Shown here piece after piece: positions 55,702-62,190 of a stretch of 62,190 nt of DNA; positions within the stretch are counted from its first letter, which is position 1; every line of letters begins with the position of its first letter. The stretch comes from a virus. Taxonomy: Duplodnaviria > Caudoviricetes. The notes under the pieces are model-generated. The model did not search any database, was not told the origin of the DNA, and saw only the letters and a program-made list of their open reading frames with translations. The DNA lies in IMG/VR virus record IMGVR_UViG_3300031511_000001, positions 1-62,190 of that record. One strand, 5' to 3'. The translations under genes were made by a program, and so were the position numbers.

Positions 55702-56205
55702 TTATTCACCGGCCAGAAGATTGAGCGGCCGACTTGTCGGTGTGGTCTTTCCCCAGGAAGTGGGTGCAAACTGCGATGCGCCTTCGAGCAGCGTGCCCGC
55801 CGCGCCCCAGATCGCGCCAGAGCGATCCTGATCGGCCTGCGCCTGATAGTTGGTCGCCTGCGTCTCGTAGCCGTAGGCCGTCAATCCGGCGTCCTGCAGG
55901 ATGCGTTCGACGTCAAGCGCGTCAACGGCTTTCTGGCTGGCCTGAACATCGACCGCCGAGCCGGTATTGGCCACGATGTTGTTGGCGGCAAAGCCTGTCT
56001 TGATCTTGGCCTCGCGTTGGGCATTCTTGATGCTCTGATCGCCGGCTTTCGCAGCGCCGGCCTTGAGCGCGTAGTCACGGTTTTGCAGGGAAATCGTCTT
56101 GTTGTTCTCGGCGACCTGGGCCGAATACATGCCCGAACCGATCTGGCCGATCGCCTTGAAAGCAGTGGCGCCTACCATGAGCATCGTGACCGGATCAAAT
56201 CCCAT
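55702..56205 (-). CDS. internal virion protein (T7 gp14-position)
   Basis: Ala/Gln-rich helical protein with a hydrophobic N-terminus; synteny. Confidence 0.65.
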   Translation of the reverse strand: MGFDPVTMLMVGATAFKAIGQIGSGMYSAQVAENNKTISLQNRDYALKAGAAKAGDQSIKNAQREAKIKTGFAANNIVANTGSAVDVQASQKAVDALDVERILQDAGLTAYGYETQATNYQAQADQDRSGAIWGAAGTLLEGASQFAPTSWGKTTPTSRPLNLLAGE

Positions 56206-56675
56206 TATGCCACCCTCCGTGCCGGCGCGCTTTTGCTCATGCGGACCATGCTGAGGCCATTGGCTTCGACACGTCCGGCGACCGAAAAGCCGAGAAAATA
56301 GGCGAACGCCACCGACTTTCGGTCGGCCTCGATCATATTGGTTACAAGGCTTCGGCGCAATTGCAGCGCGTGGTCGACAAAACGCAGCGCGGCCCGCGCC
56401 ACAATCATCGGATGCGCATCCGAAATCTCCTGATCGAGGGCGAGCCAGACAGTACCCTCCGAATCGAGCAACGTCCCCGAAATACCGACAAGCGCCGCAA
56501 GTTTTTCGTCAACGAAAAAGGCTGAGGTCAACAAAGACTGGTTGAAGGCAAAGCGCAAGGACTGATGCACGCTCAGACCGGCGCCGGACAAAAGAACGGC
56601 GTGGCTATGTCGCAGCCGCCTTGCCATTTGCCCTACATGCCAGAGTTTTCCCGGACGTTCTTCGAGGCGCGTCAT
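56205..56675 (-). CDS. GNAT-fold tail assembly protein (T7 gp13-position)
   Basis: GTVWL...N......SVAFAYFLGF; synteny after the nozzle. Confidence 0.6.
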   Translation of the reverse strand: MTRLEERPGKLWHVGQMARRLRHSHAVLLSGAGLSVHQSLRFAFNQSLLTSAFFVDEKLAALVGISGTLLDSEGTVWLALDQEISDAHPMIVARAALRFVDHALQLRRSLVTNMIEADRKSVAFAYFLGFSVAGRVEANGLSMVRMSKSAPARRVA

Positions 56676-59600
56676 TGGTCTTTGCCCGCAGTCTGCGACG
56701 GGGTGTCACCAGCGAGAATTTCTGGAACCAGAGCAATCACATTCATCGGCAATGGATCGTTCTGCTCAACGGCGACCTGACCGAGTTTTCCCCAACCGCC
56801 GCTCAATGTCGTGCGCACCCATCCGGAGCCGAGCGGTACGGTGCTGCTGTTGTAGGTTGCTTTGGCGCCCGGCAAGTCGGCATCGGGAATGTCCGTCATG
56901 CTGGACCATTCGGGAGCGATCTGGGGAGGCCGGAATTTCGAGCCGTCGGGCTGATTCGCGCCGATGCGCACCGAACGCGAGGCATCGACCAGAGCACTTG
57001 CTGCGGCGATCTTTTTGCGCTGCGCCTGCACTGTCGGCGAGCCGACATCTATCGGAACCGCCTGAAGCTGCGCCTGAAACCCGAGACCGAGCGTCACGGC
57101 GGAGGCGCCGAACGGAAGCGTGACCGCGCCGACGGCGTCCACGGTCAGATCCGAAACCACGCGACCGTCGGCAAGTCCGGTTACGGTTGCACCGGCAAGA
57201 TGCAAAAGCCCAGAAACCGACATCGTCGGCGCGGTCATCGTCCATTCGCCAGCTTCCTGAGTGCGCACTTCGCCCCCAGAATTTGGCCGGATATCGGTGA
57301 TCGGCGTCGTGATATTGGCCGTCACCTCCGTTGCGCTTGTGCGTGCGGTGATAGTCGCAACGCCACCGCCCATGCGGATCACGGAACCGATATCGCCGAC
57401 GGCAAAAACGCTGGCATTCGAAGTGAAGGTGGCCGAATTGTCGAGAGTCAGATGCGCCGATGCCGACGACGCCGGGCCGCCAGCCGGTGCCTGCGGATCG
57501 ATGATCGTGAGTTTGGGATAGATGTACCCGGCGCCCGGCGCCGTGATGTTGACCGCCGTGATGACGCCGCCGACCACGGTGACAGCGGCTGTCGCGCCCG
57601 AACCGATCGGCTGTTGATCTGCATCAAGCGCTTCGTCGGTGATCGTGGCAGTCGTCGCTGACGAATAGCCCGCGCCGCCGACAAGATCGGTCACTCCGGT
57701 GATTGCGCCCAGGCCCGTCGCACTGCTGGCGGACAGGGTTCCGTTCGGTGTTGGCTGCGGCAACCTCAGCCCGCAATCGACGCACCAGCAATCCTCGACA
57801 GACGGCCAGATGCGATCATCCATGCGCTCGATCATGTAGGCTTCGTGCGCGCCGGGAAACCGCTTCGTCGCTACATAGAGCGCATCGACGGGCGGCTCCG
57901 TAACCTGGGCACAGCTTTCGAAATAACCATCGGTATCGTGCCGGGCCCATCCCATGACTTGCTCGGCCTTCAGGTAGGACAGGCTGAGCAGCGTGCCGTC
58001 GTTTCGAACAGCCCAGATCAGCTTGAAGGGCTGCTCGCACCACGCCCATTCCTCGAGCACATAGCCGGTGAACAGGTGCGAGGCGTATTGGGTCAGATCA
58101 ATCGGCTCGGAAAAGGCGTAGCCTTGGTATGGGAGCTGATAGACATAGCTGCCCTTGGCCGTCACATAAAGGATATCGAACAGGATCGGAATCGGGGGCA
58201 CCGTTGGCGACGCCCCGGTGAAGGGCTGCGGGTTGGCGGCCTGGTTCGAAGGCGAGATCGCCTGCACGTTGGTCGCAAAGCTGCCCTGCCCGACCAGAAG
58301 CCACGCGGAATGCCCGGTCAGCACCAGAAGGCCACCGGCGGTCTGCACCATCCACTGGATACCGTTGACCTGCACCGACCACGGCGAGCCAGTGATCGCA
58401 TCCGTGTTGATCGTCGGAATGCGGATGTCGAAATTGGTGTATTCGCCCGCGCTCTTGGACATCCAGTAGGTATCGGGATTGTTGAGCGAGTTTCCAAAAG
58501 CGCGCCGCTGCTGGAAATAGCTGGGGACCGATGGATATGTGCCGGTGTTGGCGCCGATCGTCGCAACTGCGGTCGCGCCCGCCCCCGCGCCGGAGATGGA
58601 AACCATGTCGCCGTCGACATAGCCGGAGCCCCCGTTTTCGACAATAATAGCTGTCACTGCGCCGCCCTGCACGACGGGCGTAAGGACAACACCAGTGCCC
58701 GTGCCTGAAACAAGCGTGGCAGTCGTCGAAGCCTGCGCATATCCCGATCCGCCATAGGTGATGTTGATAAGAACCACTTGACCGCGCGCAAAGGGGTTCT
58801 TGAAGGTCGGCGCAACGGTCGTGAAATCCGGAGTGATGTTGGCGTCGGTGAATTTCGTTCCGAAAGACGTTCCGCAGTAGCCAAGCAGAGAGCCGACAGG
58901 AACGTCTGACTGCTCGCTCAAGGCGGCCTTGTAGATGTTGTACTGAAGGGTGTTGTCGACCGGCGACCATGTAACATTGGCCTGCACGTTTCCGACAGTG
59001 ACCATCGAGGCGCCGACCGCCGTGGCGCGCGCGGATGCAATGCTTTCCGAACCGTTTAGGGCCGAAACTGCCGTGATCGCATAGGCGTAATATGTGCTGC
59101 CGCCTCCGCCGCCGACGATGCTTGCGGCTGGCGAAGATGGCGGCAGAATTGTTGCGCCCGCGACCACGTCGGAAAAGGACCAATTGGTGTTGCTGTTTCT
59201 GGCCAAATCCTTCGGCTGATATTCGACGCCCGTCACCTGGTTGACACAGCACAGCGTCATCACGTCGGCCGACTGCGTGAACTTCAGCCACGCAATGTCT
59301 TCTTCCTGATAGGGTGTTGCGAGTGTGTAGATACGCGAAACCGTTCCGCCAGTTGTGTAGGCGCCATATCCGGTCGCGTCCACTGCGTTGCCATAGACGT
59401 CGGTCAGGTTGATCGTGGTCGCCGTCGCGCCCGCAACGACGTAGGTATTGCCATTGATCTCGGTCATGCCCTCGACGTTTTGCACATAGACCCAGTCGCC
59501 ATTGGAAAATGGCGAAACTGCGCTCCATGTCATCGCAAATGTCGCGCCGAGACCGTCCCCGTCCGTCGACAACTGCGCAACCGGGTTGGTCGGAGTTGCC

Positions 59601-60694
59601 GTATAGGCGCCAGGGTTGCTGACGGAGGCGGTCAAGGGGGCGAAGATCGCGCTCTGGAAGCTGGCACCTGTTCCGCCGCCGGAGGTTGCCGATTGGGTCA
59701 TTGCGCCCCCGACCGGCACGACCGAATAGTTGCCAGCCGTTGTCACGGTCAGCGTCCCGATTCCAGTCGCGGTGCCGCCCGTGAGATTTGCACCTGAAGG
59801 CGTCGCCACACCCGCGGCCAAAGTGTAGGCGTTTCCACCCGTGCCGGGCGTGTCGTAGACGATAAAAAGCGTCAGCGCGTCATTGGAATAAGTCGCTACG
59901 TTAACATTGGCATCGGTTGAGGCATTGAGAACGGTGACAGCATTGCCGAGCGTTGCCGAAAGCGACGCGCCGATCTGGATTTCAGTCGTCAGTGTTGGGA
60001 GGGTTCGGAAGGTGAAAGCCGATCCGTTCATGGTGATTGTGTCGCCATTGGAAGGGTTCGACACAAAGACGATGCTGCCGGTCGCCGACACGCTGGCCAA
60101 GGTTGCAACGGTGGCGACTGCTGCTGTTGCCGCGGTACCACCGCCAAGGGTCACGGTATCGGACACGGCGTATCCGGTGCCGCGCGCATTGGGCGATATC
60201 TGCGCAAGCTGGCAGGTCAGTATTTCGAGAACGGCCGGCCTGTAATAGGTGCCACCATCAAGGGAAACGAGATCGCCTTGGGCATAGGAGCCGGTCACGG
60301 TGCCAGGCGTCGGGGTTACCGTCGCAGCGCCGGACGTACCGAAGGTCAAAACGCACGGGTCTGCATTTGTCGCGCCGCCGATACCAACCGGCGCCTCAGT
60401 GACGAAGCCACCATTGGAAATGACGCGCATGTACTCATGGCCGAATTCCAGCTCGAGGCCCTGATTGATCGAGAACTGGAACGGAATCAGCCGTGGCGGA
60501 TAGGTCCGCCCGGTCTGCTTCGAAAAGCCAATGAACTTCGTCCCGGCCCGGCTGCTCGCGCCGCCTGTGAAATTGACCCAGAAATTACGCATCGTCGAGG
60601 CAGCAATCCGCTCGCGGTCGATGTCGACGCGACCGAACAGGGACGGTGAGATTTCGCCTGTGGTGAGGGCCGGGAGAAGAACGGGAGTAGCCAT
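56672..60694 (-). CDS. tail nozzle / tail tubular protein B with inserted beta domains
   Basis: GEISPSLFGRVD...GGASSRAGT...RLIPFQFS...TQSADVM...YFQQR...WARHDT; 1340 aa. Confidence 0.85.
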   Translation of the reverse strand: MATPVLLPALTTGEISPSLFGRVDIDRERIAASTMRNFWVNFTGGASSRAGTKFIGFSKQTGRTYPPRLIPFQFSINQGLELEFGHEYMRVISNGGFVTEAPVGIGGATNADPCVLTFGTSGAATVTPTPGTVTGSYAQGDLVSLDGGTYYRPAVLEILTCQLAQISPNARGTGYAVSDTVTLGGGTAATAAVATVATLASVSATGSIVFVSNPSNGDTITMNGSAFTFRTLPTLTTEIQIGASLSATLGNAVTVLNASTDANVNVATYSNDALTLFIVYDTPGTGGNAYTLAAGVATPSGANLTGGTATGIGTLTVTTAGNYSVVPVGGAMTQSATSGGGTGASFQSAIFAPLTASVSNPGAYTATPTNPVAQLSTDGDGLGATFAMTWSAVSPFSNGDWVYVQNVEGMTEINGNTYVVAGATATTINLTDVYGNAVDATGYGAYTTGGTVSRIYTLATPYQEEDIAWLKFTQSADVMTLCCVNQVTGVEYQPKDLARNSNTNWSFSDVVAGATILPPSSPAASIVGGGGGSTYYAYAITAVSALNGSESIASARATAVGASMVTVGNVQANVTWSPVDNTLQYNIYKAALSEQSDVPVGSLLGYCGTSFGTKFTDANITPDFTTVAPTFKNPFARGQVVLINITYGGSGYAQASTTATLVSGTGTGVVLTPVVQGGAVTAIIVENGGSGYVDGDMVSISGAGAGATAVATIGANTGTYPSVPSYFQQRRAFGNSLNNPDTYWMSKSAGEYTNFDIRIPTINTDAITGSPWSVQVNGIQWMVQTAGGLLVLTGHSAWLLVGQGSFATNVQAISPSNQAANPQPFTGASPTVPPIPILFDILYVTAKGSYVYQLPYQGYAFSEPIDLTQYASHLFTGYVLEEWAWCEQPFKLIWAVRNDGTLLSLSYLKAEQVMGWARHDTDGYFESCAQVTEPPVDALYVATKRFPGAHEAYMIERMDDRIWPSVEDCWCVDCGLRLPQPTPNGTLSASSATGLGAITGVTDLVGGAGYSSATTATITDEALDADQQPIGSGATAAVTVVGGVITAVNITAPGAGYIYPKLTIIDPQAPAGGPASSASAHLTLDNSATFTSNASVFAVGDIGSVIRMGGGVATITARTSATEVTANITTPITDIRPNSGGEVRTQEAGEWTMTAPTMSVSGLLHLAGATVTGLADGRVVSDLTVDAVGAVTLPFGASAVTLGLGFQAQLQAVPIDVGSPTVQAQRKKIAAASALVDASRSVRIGANQPDGSKFRPPQIAPEWSSMTDIPDADLPGAKATYNSSTVPLGSGWVRTTLSGGWGKLGQVAVEQNDPLPMNVIALVPEILAGDTPSQTAGKDQ

Positions 60695-60703
60695 GCCGCG
60701 CTC

Positions 60704-61621
60704 CTAAAAAGTGGTGCCGCCGGCAACGCTGAGAGAGTCCCACCCCAACCAAAGCACGCCAAGCCCGGCGCCGCTATCCCATGGCCCGAAGGTGCCGTTG
60801 CCCCATCCGCCCATGGCGCCCACGCCTGCCGTACGCCGCGCCTTCATCCAGTCGACGGACAGATCGGTCGAAGCGCCACCAATCTCGTTGCCGTTGGTCG
60901 CGCGCGCCATCGAGAGCTTGTCGGCGACGATCGGGATCAGCCGGTCGCGTGCGGCAATGCCTGTCTTCTGGCTTGGATCGCGCTTGGCCCAGACGGGAAC
61001 TGCGATCTCGGCCGCAAGATAGGCGACAAATGCACCGCGGAACAGAGGATCCCAGACGGTCGGGTAAAGCATGTCGGCAGTGTAGACGGCCTGGGCCTCG
61101 CGCACGTTGGACAGGATCACGACGCGCGATTGCGGACTGACGCCTTGGACGCCGGTCGTATCGCCGGTCGCCGGGTAGTTGTAATCGCTCGAGACGAGAA
61201 AGCGCGTTGGGATGATGCGCATGCCGGGCGGCAAAGCGCCGAGGCCACCGACCAGTGGCGTGTTTGGAATCTGGGTGTTGCCGCTGGGAACCACCGCTGA
61301 CGGATTGGCGAGATTTTGCGGGACAAACCGCATTTTCATGCAGTCGGTCGGGTAGCTGTACTCGTACAACCACGGAGATGGAACGACAGTTCCGACCCCA
61401 TCCGTGTTGCCGGTGGCATCGGCCAGAAGTGTCATCGGCGCCTGCTTGCGACAAAAATCCCAGTGGGCCGCACGGAGAAGCTGCTGCCGACACAGGCGAT
61501 AGGCTCTGTTTGCGACATTGGCCGCATGCGAGCCGTCCTGAACATCGCCAACAGGCTCGGGCCACCCGATCATGTCCAGGGATTGGTTCACCACCGAGGC
61601 GACGTCATATCCGCCGGTCAT
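60704..61621 (-). CDS. adaptor / tail tubular protein A paralogue 3
   Basis: VVNQSLDMIG...LLRAAHWDFCRK...YEYSYPTDC...WDPLFRGAFVAYLAAEIA. Confidence 0.8.
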   Translation of the reverse strand: MTGGYDVASVVNQSLDMIGWPEPVGDVQDGSHAANVANRAYRLCRQQLLRAAHWDFCRKQAPMTLLADATGNTDGVGTVVPSPWLYEYSYPTDCMKMRFVPQNLANPSAVVPSGNTQIPNTPLVGGLGALPPGMRIIPTRFLVSSDYNYPATGDTTGVQGVSPQSRVVILSNVREAQAVYTADMLYPTVWDPLFRGAFVAYLAAEIAVPVWAKRDPSQKTGIAARDRLIPIVADKLSMARATNGNEIGGASTDLSVDWMKARRTAGVGAMGGWGNGTFGPWDSGAGLGVLWLGWDSLSVAGGTTF

Positions 61622-62190
61622 CAGCCCTGCTCCATCTGCGCCTTGAGCTCGGTGCCGCGCGCCTCGGCAGCAACGCCAGCCGCCACCTGCGGATCGGGCG
61701 CAAGCGCGCGGGAAAGCGTCTCGATCAGCGCCTCTGCAAAGTCCGGGGGCCATGTCGCTGGATCGGTCACGCGGCGCGTGTAGACGCCGATCGCATCAGC
61801 CAGATTGGTCAGGATCACGCGCTTGGCCGGTGTATAAGCGTTGTCGTTGGCTATTTGAAAGGAATAAGGGCTCGGATCGACCTCGGGCACGAAAATCGGC
61901 GTCGGGCGGATCGCGCGAACTTCAAGCGCGTCGTCGGGGTAGGCGTACTCGAATTTGTAGCCGAGCTGGGGATAATCCGCCTGTGTCCACGACGCCGCGC
62001 CGACATAGGCGCTTGGCGCCGATTTGAGCAGCGTGAGCGCGACCATGCCCTGGGCAAAGGACCAGTCCCCCGATCGCAACAGATTGTCGCGCGTCTGACC
62101 GTAGACCGCGATCGCCGCCCGCGCCTGTTCGGAGCCGTCATAGAGCGAGCCGACCTGATCACGGATGCCGATGCGGATGAGCGCAGCGTT
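61621..62190 (-). CDS. adaptor / tail tubular protein A paralogue 2 (3' part; start at nt 53)
   Basis: LLRSGDWSFA...FEYAYPDDAL...WPPDFAEALIETLS. Confidence 0.8.
   Translation of the reverse strand, partial: NAALIRIGIRDQVGSLYDGSEQARAAIAVYGQTRDNLLRSGDWSFAQGMVALTLLKSAPSAYVGAASWTQADYPQLGYKFEYAYPDDALEVRAIRPTPIFVPEVDPSPYSFQIANDNAYTPAKRVILTNLADAIGVYTRRVTDPATWPPDFAEALIETLSRALAPDPQVAAGVAAEARGTELKAQMEQG
62175..62190. repeat. terminal direct repeat (copy of 2-17)
   Basis: Exact match. Confidence 0.85.

Overview
This window is an apparently complete, circularly permuted ~62 kb podovirus-type phage genome. The last 16 nt repeat nt 2-17, and one adaptor gene reads across that join. The host is probably an alphaproteobacterium (Hyphomicrobiales-like), judged from phage-encoded GcrA, MucR and a CtrA-like DNA-binding domain. 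The minus strand carries a BPP-1/Bcep22-like virion module: TerS, a split TerL, portal, scaffold, major capsid, cement, fibres, three adaptor paralogues, nozzle, ejection proteins and a 2471-aa polyvalent protein. It also carries a lysis cassette and a replication/methylation/regulation block; the RecE/Sak4-like recombination genes are on the plus strand. I saw no integrase, DNA/RNA polymerase, tRNA or CRISPR. The best candidate for an undescribed system is a 4.9-kb island (12491-17405) inside the head operon. It has two divergent arrays of 16 small genes, all ending at a shared TCC-N3/4-(A/T/G)A junction motif, centred on a symmetric bidirectional promoter with a 16-bp palindrome. The left array is led by a catalytically dead serine-resolvase homologue, and its cargo includes a DfrB-type dihydrofolate reductase. 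Other notable signals: fibre proteins with Sec/Tat-type signal peptides, a shared (K/R)LxY motif on the scaffold and four small proteins, and a nested two-frame C5 methyltransferase. All family calls come from recognising motifs by eye, not from database searches.
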